NCBI GenBank assembly: GCA_964479875.1
Contig: CAYZNM010000013.1
Span: forward strand, 21,573 to 85,572
Direction of reading: 5' to 3'
DNA: 64,000 nt
Origin: an uncultured Eubacteriales bacterium
GTDB taxonomy: Bacteria > Bacillota > Clostridia > Monoglobales > CAYZNM01
Shown: one piece after another, positions 1-8,955 of the stretch
How the letters are laid out: each line of letters opens with the position of its first letter
Position numbering within the stretch: position 1 is the first letter of the stretch
Made by a program: the position numbers and the translations under genes
The notes under the pieces: model-generated
Told to the model about the DNA's origin: nothing
The model's database searches: none
The model's input: the letters and a program-made list of their open reading frames with translations, nothing else

Positions 1-20
1 CAGTGGATTAGGAGGAAGCT

Positions 21-1010
21 ATGCAAACACAAAGCGCGGCAGCTGTAAAGCCGCAACATAAATATAAGCGAGCCATAGAAATATCCTCGCGAGTGCTTAG
101 CGCACTGTTTAAGCTGTTCTTTTTCGTAGGTTTAGGCTTCGTGCTGCTGTACCCTGTGCTTTATCTTTTAAGCAACGCATTCAAGGCGAACATAGACGCA
201 GTAGACCCAACGGTAGTATGGATTCCCAAAAACTACACGCTCAACAACTTCATACTCGCGTGGAACACAATGGACGCGACAAAGGTTATCCTTGACACCT
301 TGAAAATGCTTGTGCCAAGCGTAATATTGCAAACATTCGTATGCTTCATGGTAGGCTACGGCTTTGCGCGGTTTAAGTTTAAGGAGAGAGAAATCCTTTT
401 CGTGTTACTTCTCTTTACGATAATCGTGCCTGTGCAGACATATGTAATTCCGCTTTATGTAAACTTCCGCTACTTCGACTTCCTAGGCATAGGCAGAATA
501 ATCGGCTGGTTTACAGGAGAACCGGCAACGGTTAACCTTCTAAGCTCGCCTACACCGTTTTGGATAATGTCCGCACTCGGCATGGGCATACGCTCGCCGC
601 TGTATATATTTATATCGCGGCAATTCTTCCGCGGAATGCCGAAGGAGCTTGAGGAAGCCGCACTAATCGACGGCTGCGGCCCAATGCAAGCGTTCGTGCG
701 CATAATGCTGCCAAACGCGAAATCGGTTATGCTCACGATATTCTTGTTCTCGGTAGTGTGGCACTGGAACGATTTCTACCTCACCTCGATGATATACCAA
801 AACAACTACCCAATATCCGTAGCAGTCACACTGCTAACGCAACGCCTTAACACAATAAAAGCCACAGAGGCTACAGCCAACCTTGAGCTTATGAAATCCG
901 CTGTGGTTGAAGCCTCCTGCTTTATAGCACTAATGCCGCTTCTGATTATCTACCTATTCACGCAGAAGCACTTTACAGAAAGTATCGAGAGAACAGGTAT
1001 TGTTGGTTAG
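21..1010 (+). CDS. Carbohydrate ABC transporter permease (MalG/AraQ-like inner-membrane subunit).
   Basis: Multi-TM protein with the EAA-type loop (EEAALIDGCGPMQAFVRIMLPNAKS) typical of binding-protein-dependent sugar permeases. GGAGGA RBS before the ATG at 21. Followed directly by a solute-binding lipoprotein gene. Confidence 0.8.
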   Translation: MQTQSAAAVKPQHKYKRAIEISSRVLSALFKLFFFVGLGFVLLYPVLYLLSNAFKANIDAVDPTVVWIPKNYTLNNFILAWNTMDATKVILDTLKMLVPSVILQTFVCFMVGYGFARFKFKEREILFVLLLFTIIVPVQTYVIPLYVNFRYFDFLGIGRIIGWFTGEPATVNLLSSPTPFWIMSALGMGIRSPLYIFISRQFFRGMPKELEEAALIDGCGPMQAFVRIMLPNAKSVMLTIFLFSVVWHWNDFYLTSMIYQNNYPISVAVTLLTQRLNTIKATEATANLELMKSAVVEASCFIALMPLLIIYLFTQKHFTESIERTGIVG

Positions 1011-1080
1011 TCAATATTTATTGAAAGGGGTGATTGCGGAAGTTATCACACGCAATGCTTACTATCAAAAAATAAATTAT

Positions 1081-2940
1081 ATGGAGGAAAGCATGTTTAA
1101 AACAAAAAAGGCAGCATTGATTTTAGCTATCGTACTCGTACTAAGCTTGATTGCAACAAGCTGCGGCGGCAACACAGGCTCTAGCGCAACACCTACGCCC
1201 TCGGCCGCAACAGGCACAGACAACACAGGCGACACAGCAACAACAGACACAGGTACAGACGACCAAACAGCAGAACCCAAGAAACTCGACAACTACGACA
1301 TCACATTCTTCCGTCCGGGTATGGACATGAACAACAAGGAAGACGGCTTCGTTAAAGCAATCGAAAAGTACGAAGCGGACACAGGCGGCAAGGTTAACGT
1401 TATAATCGTTGACTGGAGCGCATGGAAGAATAAGCTGCTGGCTATGTACGCTGCAGGCGAACCTATCGACGTATTATTCGGCGGTTCATTCTGCTTCGAG
1501 CAAATGTACTGGTACAACTACTTCCAACCACTAAACAGTTACATGGATTTATCCTCAAACCTGTACTCCCAAGAGAACATGAAAACATTCACTCGCGACG
1601 GCAACACATACATCGCGTCACTGCCTGAAAGCGAATCATATTGGCTGATGTACTACAACAAGTCCAAGCTTGAAGCTGAAGGCATCAAGACACCAGGCGA
1701 ATACTACGAAGAAGGCAACTGGACATACGACACATTCGCAGACGTTTGCAGACAGTTCGCACGTGATACATCCGGCGACGGCAACTTCGACCAATGGGGT
1801 ATCGTTACATGGCAAACAAGAATTATGCCGTACGCTAACGCTTCCTCCTTCGTAACTTTAAAGGACGGCAAGCTTGTCGAAAACCTCAACGACCCGAAAT
1901 TCCAAACAGGCGTACAACAATTAATCGACGCACAAACAAAAGAAGGCTGGTTCCGTCACGACTACGGCGAAAATGAATTCTTAAACCAACAATCAGTTAT
2001 CTGGTTAGAGCGTCCGTTCCAAAGCAGAAACCTTGAAGATAAGGCTGCTGCAGGGGAAATCGACTTCGAGTGGGGCGTTGTACCTGTATTCTACGGTCCT
2101 GACAACACAGAAAAGCTGAACCTGGTAGAAGCTGACGGCTTTGGTATCGGCACAGGCGCGAAGAATCCGGAAGCTGCTGCTGTATTCCTCGACACATGGG
2201 CGAAGCTCGGAGAAGAAAGACGCGAAGCAAACGAGCGTCCTCTCCGCGACGACTTAAAGCAATTAATCAGCGAAATGAGCAAGAACACAACATCACCGTT
2301 TATCTATGATGGTATCTTAGATGAAGGCGACTACATCATCAACCAAGTATATGGCGAGATGATTTCCACATCCAACATCACAGCTACAGCTGATAAATAT
2401 CGCTCCAAGATGCAAGAATCCCTCGACGCATTCGCTAAGGGCAGAGTTGAAGCGATTATCCGCGACTTCACATGGACAGGTCCGATTGACTTCGAGGACG
2501 GCACATACGATGCAATGAAGGCGTTCGACAACAAAGAGAACACCACAATCGAAATCGTTGAAGGCGACGAAGCTATCGACGGCAAATCCTTAAAGGTGAC
2601 AATGCCTGCGGCTGACGGCGAGTGGAACACGGCTATCTCCACAAACGGCGACGTTATCTCAATCCCAGGTTGGAGAACATACAAGCTGTCCTTCGACTAT
2701 AAGCTCTTAGGCGACCATGACGCAAGCGGCTACATCTTCGTTGCAGTTAAGAGCGGTTCAGCCGGCGACTTAACATGGCACACAATCCCGTATGCAAACA
2801 TCGGCGAAAAGCAAACCTTTGAAGTTACCTACGACGCGTTGACCACCAATGCGGAAGACTTAGTAGTATCCATCGGCGGACACAAGCCGAATGGCTCTAT
2901 CGTTATCGACAACTTCAACCTCGTTGAAGTGAAGAAATAA
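1081..2940 (+). CDS. Extracellular solute-binding lipoprotein of a sugar ABC transporter (family 1 SBP; candidate mannooligosaccharide-binding protein).
   Basis: Signal peptide plus lipobox (LIATSCGG) and a Thr/Asp/Gly-rich linker. Large SBP-type body with aromatic-rich sugar-binding segments. The ORF-track start at 1000 overlaps the permease; the ATG at 1081/1093 after GGAGGA is more plausible. Confidence 0.7.
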   Translation: MEESMFKTKKAALILAIVLVLSLIATSCGGNTGSSATPTPSAATGTDNTGDTATTDTGTDDQTAEPKKLDNYDITFFRPGMDMNNKEDGFVKAIEKYEADTGGKVNVIIVDWSAWKNKLLAMYAAGEPIDVLFGGSFCFEQMYWYNYFQPLNSYMDLSSNLYSQENMKTFTRDGNTYIASLPESESYWLMYYNKSKLEAEGIKTPGEYYEEGNWTYDTFADVCRQFARDTSGDGNFDQWGIVTWQTRIMPYANASSFVTLKDGKLVENLNDPKFQTGVQQLIDAQTKEGWFRHDYGENEFLNQQSVIWLERPFQSRNLEDKAAAGEIDFEWGVVPVFYGPDNTEKLNLVEADGFGIGTGAKNPEAAAVFLDTWAKLGEERREANERPLRDDLKQLISEMSKNTTSPFIYDGILDEGDYIINQVYGEMISTSNITATADKYRSKMQESLDAFAKGRVEAIIRDFTWTGPIDFEDGTYDAMKAFDNKENTTIEIVEGDEAIDGKSLKVTMPAADGEWNTAISTNGDVISIPGWRTYKLSFDYKLLGDHDASGYIFVAVKSGSAGDLTWHTIPYANIGEKQTFEVTYDALTTNAEDLVVSIGGHKPNGSIVIDNFNLVEVKK

Positions 2941-2960
2941 GAATAGCAATTAGCGGCAGG

Positions 2961-2984
2961 TGGGACGCTCACGCGGCGTCCCAT
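2961..2984 (+). terminator. Stem-loop (gggacgc ... gcgtccc) after the SBP gene; possible weak terminator or attenuator.
   Basis: 7-bp GC-rich inverted repeat with a 7-nt loop followed by a weak T-rich tract (attt). Confidence 0.35.
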
Positions 2985-3029
2985 TTGCATAATAAGACGT
3001 AGACTAATAAAAGACAATCGGAGAGTAAT

Positions 3030-4049
3030 ATGGAAAAGATTAAGATGTATACAGGCTCGCTGCCGAATATTCCGTGGGAAGATAGGCCATTAGGCTGCGA
3101 CAATGTTGTATGGAGATATTCGGGCAATCCTGTGATAAAGCGCAATCCTGTTAAGGGCGCGGCGCGTATTTTTAACAGCGCGGTATGCCCGTACGGCGAC
3201 GGTTTCGTAGGCGTGTTCCGCGCTGACCACACCAATACTATGCCGGGCTTGCACGTTGGCTACAGCAAAAATGGTATTGATTGGGAGTTTGAGGAAAAGA
3301 CAATTTCGTGGATTGGCGTTGAGGACGGAAAGGAATACAATTGCAGCTACTCCTACGACCCGCGCTTAGTTAAGATAGATGATTGGTACTACATTATGTG
3401 GTGCGCGAATTTCAGCGGCCCAACAATCGGCTTAGGCAAAACGCAGGACTTTAAAACCTTCTATCGCTACGACAACGCATTCCTTCCGTTTAACAGAAAC
3501 GGCGTGCTGTTCCCACGCAAAATCGGCGGCAACTATGTAATGCTGTCGCGTCCGTCGGATAATGGTCATACACCCTTCGGCGATATATTCATCAGCGAAT
3601 CGCCCGACCTCACATATTGGGGCAAGCACAAGAAGGTTATGAGCGTAAGCGGCGACTGGTGGCAAGCTACCAAAATCGGCGGCGGTGCGATTCCGATTGA
3701 AACGAATAAGGGCTGGCTGCTGTTCTATCATGGCGTAACTAATACGTGCAACGGCTTTGTGTATTCCTTCGGCGCGAGCTTGCTTGACAAAGACGAGCCG
3801 TCCAAGGTATTGCTGCGCACGAAGAATTACCTGCTGACACCCGAGCTTGAGTATGAAGTAAACGGCTTTGTGCCTAACGTTGCATTCCCCTGCTGCTGCT
3901 TAGCAGACGAAGATACAGGCAGAATCGCAATCTACTACGGAGCGGCGGACACATACACCGCAGTAGCCTTCACACAATTAGACGAGCTGTACGAGCATAT
4001 GCAAAACGACAATGCGCTGCAATACGGCGACGACATAATAATAAAATAA
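3030..4049 (+). CDS. GH130 family glycoside phosphorylase (beta-1,4-mannooligosaccharide / mannosylglucose phosphorylase-like).
   Basis: N-terminal 'VWRYSGNPV', 'NGIDWEF' and 'DPRLVKIDDWYYIMWCA' match conserved GH130 blocks. Size of 339 aa is typical. GGAGAG RBS. Confidence 0.75.
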   Translation: MEKIKMYTGSLPNIPWEDRPLGCDNVVWRYSGNPVIKRNPVKGAARIFNSAVCPYGDGFVGVFRADHTNTMPGLHVGYSKNGIDWEFEEKTISWIGVEDGKEYNCSYSYDPRLVKIDDWYYIMWCANFSGPTIGLGKTQDFKTFYRYDNAFLPFNRNGVLFPRKIGGNYVMLSRPSDNGHTPFGDIFISESPDLTYWGKHKKVMSVSGDWWQATKIGGGAIPIETNKGWLLFYHGVTNTCNGFVYSFGASLLDKDEPSKVLLRTKNYLLTPELEYEVNGFVPNVAFPCCCLADEDTGRIAIYYGAADTYTAVAFTQLDELYEHMQNDNALQYGDDIIIK

Positions 4050-4056
4050 ATCAAAC

Positions 4057-4086
4057 GGGCGGATAATATCCGCCCATACATTTTTA
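4057..4086 (+). terminator. Rho-independent terminator after the GH130 gene.
   Basis: Hairpin gggcggat-aat-atccgccc followed by a T-run (acattttta). Confidence 0.55.
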
Positions 4087-4099
4087 TTGGAGAGTCATT

Positions 4100-5491
4100 A
4101 TGACAAAATATTCCATTGAACAGGCTATGCTTACTAATGCAACTCGGCATGACGATTGCGCTTCGCTGCTGGGCGAGGACGACAGTGCTATTCTTTTTGC
4201 AATAACTGCTCCGGCGGACGGCTATTATGCATTCACGGTAAATGCGCGTATATCCAAAGGCTTTGCTGTGGAGAATCCGAAGCCGGGCGAAGTTACACAT
4301 AAGCTTAACCATTTGTACGTTGATGGCAAGCAGTATGCGGAGTTTGCAATAAACAGCGGCGAGCGCGAGAATGCAGTGGTGCGCCGCATATATTTATCCA
4401 AGGGTGAACATACGGCGGCGATTGTGAAATCGTGGGGATTTATCGATGTGTTCCACATTGAAATTGCCGAAGCTGCGCCTATGCCGTCGGATATATACAC
4501 GGTCGGCAGCGAGCTGCTAAATCCCAACGCAAGCGATAACGCAAAGCGTCTGTACGCTTTCCTGCGTGAAAACTACGGCAAAAAGATAATCACAGGGCAG
4601 CAGGTGTACGGGCTTGTGAGCAAGGAGATGGAAACGCTCAAAGCTACTACGGGCAAATTGCCATTGCTCGGCGGCTTCGACTTTATCGAGAACAGCCACA
4701 ATCTCACATACCACGACGCGCCGAGCGACTTCGTAGGCAACGCGATAAAATGGCACAACGCAGGTGGTATTACGACATTCTGCTGGCACTGGACTGCCCC
4801 TTGCGACACCTTCGAGGACGATGCGGAGAATCCGGTCAACGGCTCATTCTACACCAAGCATAGCAAGTTCGACATAGCTAAAACGCTGGATAATCCCGAT
4901 AGCGAAGCGTATCGTCTGCTGATAAAGGACATCGACTTAATTTCGGATAAGATTAAGCTTCTTGCGGATAACGGCGTGCCAATACTGTGGCGTCCGCTGC
5001 ATGAAGCAAGCGGCGCATGGTTCTGGTGGGGCGCACGCGGCGCGGACGCTTGCGTGAAGCTGTGGAAGTTAATATACGACAGAATGACCAACGTGCATAA
5101 GTTGAACAATCTTATTTGGGTGTGGAATGGGCAGGACGTGAATTGGTATCCCGGCGACGAATACTGCGACATCATCGGCGAAGACATATATCCCGGAAAG
5201 CAACAGGATACGCCGCAGTACGAGCGATTCATGCAAGCATACAACACAACGCAAAGCCGCAAGATTATCGCGCTGTCCGAAAACGGCTGCATACCTGACA
5301 TCGACATGCTTGTGCGCGACAACGTGATGTGGTCGTGGTTCTGCGTATGGGGCGGCATGTTCGTGTATAAACAAGACGAAAACGGCGAAACGGTTTACAG
5401 CGATGAGTACACAAAGAAGGATATTCTGCTAAAGGCGTACAATCACGAACGCGCATTAACCCTAGACAATGCGCCGCGCATTTTTAAATAA
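4100..5491 (+). CDS. GH26 endo-beta-1,4-mannanase.
   Basis: 'WRPLHEASGAWFWWG' is the GH26 acid/base-region signature (R-x-x-HE...W-x-WWG). 'IIALSENG' is the candidate nucleophile region. GGAGAG RBS. No obvious signal peptide, so it may be intracellular. Confidence 0.8.
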   Translation: MTKYSIEQAMLTNATRHDDCASLLGEDDSAILFAITAPADGYYAFTVNARISKGFAVENPKPGEVTHKLNHLYVDGKQYAEFAINSGERENAVVRRIYLSKGEHTAAIVKSWGFIDVFHIEIAEAAPMPSDIYTVGSELLNPNASDNAKRLYAFLRENYGKKIITGQQVYGLVSKEMETLKATTGKLPLLGGFDFIENSHNLTYHDAPSDFVGNAIKWHNAGGITTFCWHWTAPCDTFEDDAENPVNGSFYTKHSKFDIAKTLDNPDSEAYRLLIKDIDLISDKIKLLADNGVPILWRPLHEASGAWFWWGARGADACVKLWKLIYDRMTNVHKLNNLIWVWNGQDVNWYPGDEYCDIIGEDIYPGKQQDTPQYERFMQAYNTTQSRKIIALSENGCIPDIDMLVRDNVMWSWFCVWGGMFVYKQDENGETVYSDEYTKKDILLKAYNHERALTLDNAPRIFK

Positions 5492-5500
5492 GAGGTAACT

Positions 5501-8041
5501 ATGGCAAAATTATTGTTTAAAGACGGAATATATAATGGCTACACAATCGAGGGCAGCAGCGTTGTTGTGGACGCAACCACATTGAAGCTGCGCGTGGATA
5601 TTCGCAATGACGACACTATGCGGCTGTGGCTTGACAAGGGTAGCTTTGAGAAGCCTGCGTCATATGGCGTGGAGGACGAAAGCTTTGCGCACACAGGCTT
5701 TTCGGTGGAGGGTAACGCGGATTGCATTTGCGTGAACACTGCGACCGTCAGCCTTTGCATAAGCAAGAATCCGCTTGGGCTATGCTTTAAATCGGGCGGC
5801 AAGGAATTGTTCAAGCTGCACGACAGCGGACTGTCCATCGATTCCGACGGCGGAGCAGTTTCAATCCGCGCAGCCTTGGGCGAGAACGAGCATTTTTTCG
5901 GCTTAGGCGAGGACAATATGGCAGAGGGCGGCAATATGGACAGGCGTGGCAGCGTACGCGACCTAATCACAGGGCAGCGCATTAACAAAGGCAAAGTAAC
6001 CGCCGACATACCAATCCCCTTCTACATCAGCACAGGCAACGACGGACATGCCTACGGCATATTCGTAGATAACAGCTACCACGGCACATTCGACATGGGT
6101 AAGTCGAGCGACGAATACATCGACCTCACCTGCGACGGCGGCGAGTTAATCTTCTACTTCTTCAACGGCCCAACCTTCAAGGACGTTATAAATCAATACA
6201 CCTTGTTAACAGGCAGACCCTCACTATTCCCGCTGTGGGTGTACGGCTATATCCAAAGCAAGTGCGCCTTCCACGATTGGTACGAGATGGACGAGATAAT
6301 CAACACCTTGCGCGAGAAGGATATACCATTCGACGGCTTCGTAATCGACGCAGTGTGGTGCCATGTCAACGTTGACTTTAAGTGGGACGACAAGTATGAG
6401 TTTAAGAGCGAGGGCAAGATTCACTCATACTCCGCGGACGGCGTAAAGTTTATCCTATCAACCACAGGCCCTATGATTAAAAAAGAAGCCTGCAACTTCC
6501 AATCAGGCTTGGACGCAGGAATATTCGCAACCGACGGCAACGGCAACACAGTAACCGCAGGATACTACAACGGCGAGCTGATGGACTTCACCTCCCCCAA
6601 CATGAAGGAGTGGCTAAAGCCGCAGATTAAGCCGCACTACGACGCAGGCATACTCGGCTGGTGGCACGACTTAGTTGAGCCGGAGAATGAGCCGGAAAAC
6701 ACAGTATACCAAGTAGGCGAAAGAGCGCGTGTGCGCAACATTTTCGCAAACCTCGTGTCCGATGTTTACCTCGACATATTCAAGGACTTCGGCAACAAAC
6801 GCCGCCTATTCATGCTATCACGCTGCGGTTGGAGCGGCATTCAAAAGAAGTACACCGCGATATGGACAGGCGACGTTTACTGCGACTACGAAACCTTAGC
6901 GGCGCACGTAAGCGAAGCTGCCAACAGCGGCCTATCGGCGATAAGCAACTGGACGTGCGACACCAGCGGCTTCATCTCCCAAACCTACGACCCCGAAAGC
7001 CTAACCTACAATCACTTGTACAAAAATGATTGGGCGGCTCAGGGAATGCTGTACGAGCGTTGGCTGCAATTCACATGCTTTACGCCCATAACGCGCGTGC
7101 ACCATGTAGGCGACGCTGCCCCGTACCAATACGGCGAGCAGGTGGAGGCTACCGCGCGATACTATCTGCAACTGCGCTACAGGCTGCTGCCGTATATCTA
7201 CAGCTATGCGCATGAAGCGAGTGTTAGCGGATTGCCAATGCTGCGCGCGTTGGTACTGGAGTATCAGCATGACACTAAAATGTATGGAATAAAAGATGAA
7301 TACCTGTTCGGCAAGGAAATGCTTGTCGCACCTGTACTCACTGAAAACACAACAGCGCGCGAGGTTTACTTCCCCGAGGGCAAGTGGATTGACATGGACT
7401 ACGACTACGAATACAGCGGCAACACAACTGCCAACGTATACGCGCCCCAGAATCGCATACCTGTATTCATCAAGTCAGGCGCAATCATACCGATGATTGA
7501 AAAGGTGAAATACGTAGACGAACGCAGGTGGGACACTGTAATCTTCAAAATCTACAGCGACACAAAAGCGCCTTCCTCCTTCCGCCTATACGCCGACGAC
7601 GGCGACAGCTTCAACCACATCACCAAAAACGAATACACCATCACCGAGATAACCTCGACCGAAGCAAACAACGCAATCGACATAGCAATCACCCAAAGCA
7701 ACAAACGCTTCACCCCATCGACCTACAAGCTTGAAATCCGAATGAATTCGCGCCCAACGAATGTATTCGCGGACGACGAGCAGCTTACGCAAAAGCGCAG
7801 TCATCACGAGGTGAAGAAAAACGTAGGCTGGTTCTACAACAAAACCAGCGGAATGCTGTACATCACCATAAACGACAGCATCGAAAACAACATCGGCGTC
7901 AAGGTAGAACTGGACGGCTCAACTGTAACGCGCCCTGCCGCACCTGCAATCAAACTTGAGGGCGGCGCAATCGAGCAAGGCAGCGACTTAAAGCACAACG
8001 ACATAAAGTTGGCGACTGCCGAGTTCATCCCGTGTGAATAA
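5501..8041 (+). CDS. GH31 family glycoside hydrolase (alpha-glucosidase/alpha-galactosidase/alpha-xylosidase-like).
   Basis: 'GWWHDLVEPE' fits the GH31 nucleophile signature ([GF]-x-W-x-D-[ML]-x-E). The 846-aa size and 'WVYGYIQSK...FDGFVIDAVW' TIM-barrel region fit GH31. GAGG RBS 9 nt after the GH26 stop points to an operon. Confidence 0.7.
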   Translation: MAKLLFKDGIYNGYTIEGSSVVVDATTLKLRVDIRNDDTMRLWLDKGSFEKPASYGVEDESFAHTGFSVEGNADCICVNTATVSLCISKNPLGLCFKSGGKELFKLHDSGLSIDSDGGAVSIRAALGENEHFFGLGEDNMAEGGNMDRRGSVRDLITGQRINKGKVTADIPIPFYISTGNDGHAYGIFVDNSYHGTFDMGKSSDEYIDLTCDGGELIFYFFNGPTFKDVINQYTLLTGRPSLFPLWVYGYIQSKCAFHDWYEMDEIINTLREKDIPFDGFVIDAVWCHVNVDFKWDDKYEFKSEGKIHSYSADGVKFILSTTGPMIKKEACNFQSGLDAGIFATDGNGNTVTAGYYNGELMDFTSPNMKEWLKPQIKPHYDAGILGWWHDLVEPENEPENTVYQVGERARVRNIFANLVSDVYLDIFKDFGNKRRLFMLSRCGWSGIQKKYTAIWTGDVYCDYETLAAHVSEAANSGLSAISNWTCDTSGFISQTYDPESLTYNHLYKNDWAAQGMLYERWLQFTCFTPITRVHHVGDAAPYQYGEQVEATARYYLQLRYRLLPYIYSYAHEASVSGLPMLRALVLEYQHDTKMYGIKDEYLFGKEMLVAPVLTENTTAREVYFPEGKWIDMDYDYEYSGNTTANVYAPQNRIPVFIKSGAIIPMIEKVKYVDERRWDTVIFKIYSDTKAPSSFRLYADDGDSFNHITKNEYTITEITSTEANNAIDIAITQSNKRFTPSTYKLEIRMNSRPTNVFADDEQLTQKRSHHEVKKNVGWFYNKTSGMLYITINDSIENNIGVKVELDGSTVTRPAAPAIKLEGGAIEQGSDLKHNDIKLATAEFIPCE

Positions 8042-8042
8042 T

Positions 8043-8082
8043 AAAAAATACCACCACGCAAATCGCATGGTGGTATTTTTTA
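8043..8082. terminator. Bidirectional rho-independent terminator between the convergent GH31 and activase genes.
   Basis: A-run, hairpin ataccacca-(11 nt loop)-tggtggtat, then T-run. The flanking runs let it work in both orientations. Confidence 0.7.
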
Positions 8083-8955
8083 TTGCAGCTTCGCCGTGAT
8101 TCCATGGGCGGCGAATTGTGCGGCTGCTTGCGCATTTTCAGCTTTGGTGCGAGGGCTTATGTTTGCGTAGGCATAGGGTATGCCTAGTGCGCGATACTTT
8201 GCTTCGCCTAGGCGATGGTAGGGCAGTAGGTCGCATTCGCTTACGCCTAGCTGCTGCATTAGCTTGCACAAATCCGCGATGTCGTCGTCGCTGTCGTTGA
8301 ATCCTGGAATGAGCGGCACGCGCACGATTGCTTTGCCGACAGCGAGTAGCTTCGAGAGGTTTCTCGCGATTAACTCGAGGTCGCCGCCGATTTGTGCATA
8401 CTTCTCTGCCGAAGCTGTCTTTATGTCGAATAGGAATAAATCCGCATATGGCAGCACCTTCTCGAACGCGGAGTACGGCGCACTTCCGGCAGTATCCACC
8501 GCAGTATGCAAGCCGTTGGCTTTGCACTCACGCAAAAGCTCCTGCATAAAATCGGGCGACAACATAGGTTCGCCGCCGGATATTGTCACACCGCCGCCGC
8601 TTGCCTCATAGAAAGCTTTATCCTGCATTACAATAGGCACAATCTCGCTCACGCCCAACGCCCTCGCAGACAAGCGCATCGCTCCGCTTGCGCAATACTC
8701 TGCGCATTTTCCGCACAGCGTACACTTCGCGCCATCTGCTTTATCCGCCGACACTCGCGCGTCGCATACCTTAGTGCACAATCCGCAGTCGCTGCACATA
8801 TTTTCAAAATACATCAGCTGCGGGTTATTCGATAAAGCCTCGGGATTATGGCACCACGGGCAACGCAAATTGCACCCCTGCAAAAACACAGTCGTGCGAA
8901 TTCCAGGGCCATCGCTCACCGAAAACTTTTGTATGTCAAACACATAGGCTTGCAT
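8080..8955 (-). CDS. Glycyl-radical enzyme activating enzyme (radical SAM, with extra ferredoxin-like clusters).
   Basis: N-terminal 'GPGIRTTVFLQGCNLRCPWCHNPE' (CxxxCxxC radical-SAM motif plus the GRE-AE Gly-rich motif). Two additional CxxCxxCxxxC clusters (CSDCGLCTKVC, CTLCGKCAEYC). Its start overlaps the stop of the upstream glycyl-radical enzyme gene. Confidence 0.85.
   Translation of the reverse strand: MQAYVFDIQKFSVSDGPGIRTTVFLQGCNLRCPWCHNPEALSNNPQLMYFENMCSDCGLCTKVCDARVSADKADGAKCTLCGKCAEYCASGAMRLSARALGVSEIVPIVMQDKAFYEASGGGVTISGGEPMLSPDFMQELLRECKANGLHTAVDTAGSAPYSAFEKVLPYADLFLFDIKTASAEKYAQIGGDLELIARNLSKLLAVGKAIVRVPLIPGFNDSDDDIADLCKLMQQLGVSECDLLPYHRLGEAKYRALGIPYAYANISPRTKAENAQAAAQFAAHGITAKLQ

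Noticed and set aside
1000-1080. ORF-track start of the binding-protein gene at 1000 (MLVSQYLLKG...), overlapping the permease.
   Set aside because: The first 27 codons are non-signal-peptide sequence overlapping the permease C-terminus. A GGAGGA RBS precedes the ATGs at 1081/1093, and the lipoprotein signal peptide starts right there.
8138-8527. Long antisense or alternative-frame ORFs (for example the 129-aa Arg-rich ORF here, and 9678-10916 412 aa, 11361-12023 220 aa, 18042-18824 260 aa).
   Set aside because: They lie entirely inside well-supported genes on the opposite strand or in another frame, have Arg/Ser/Pro-rich low-complexity translations typical of shadow ORFs in 50% GC DNA, and lack RBSs.
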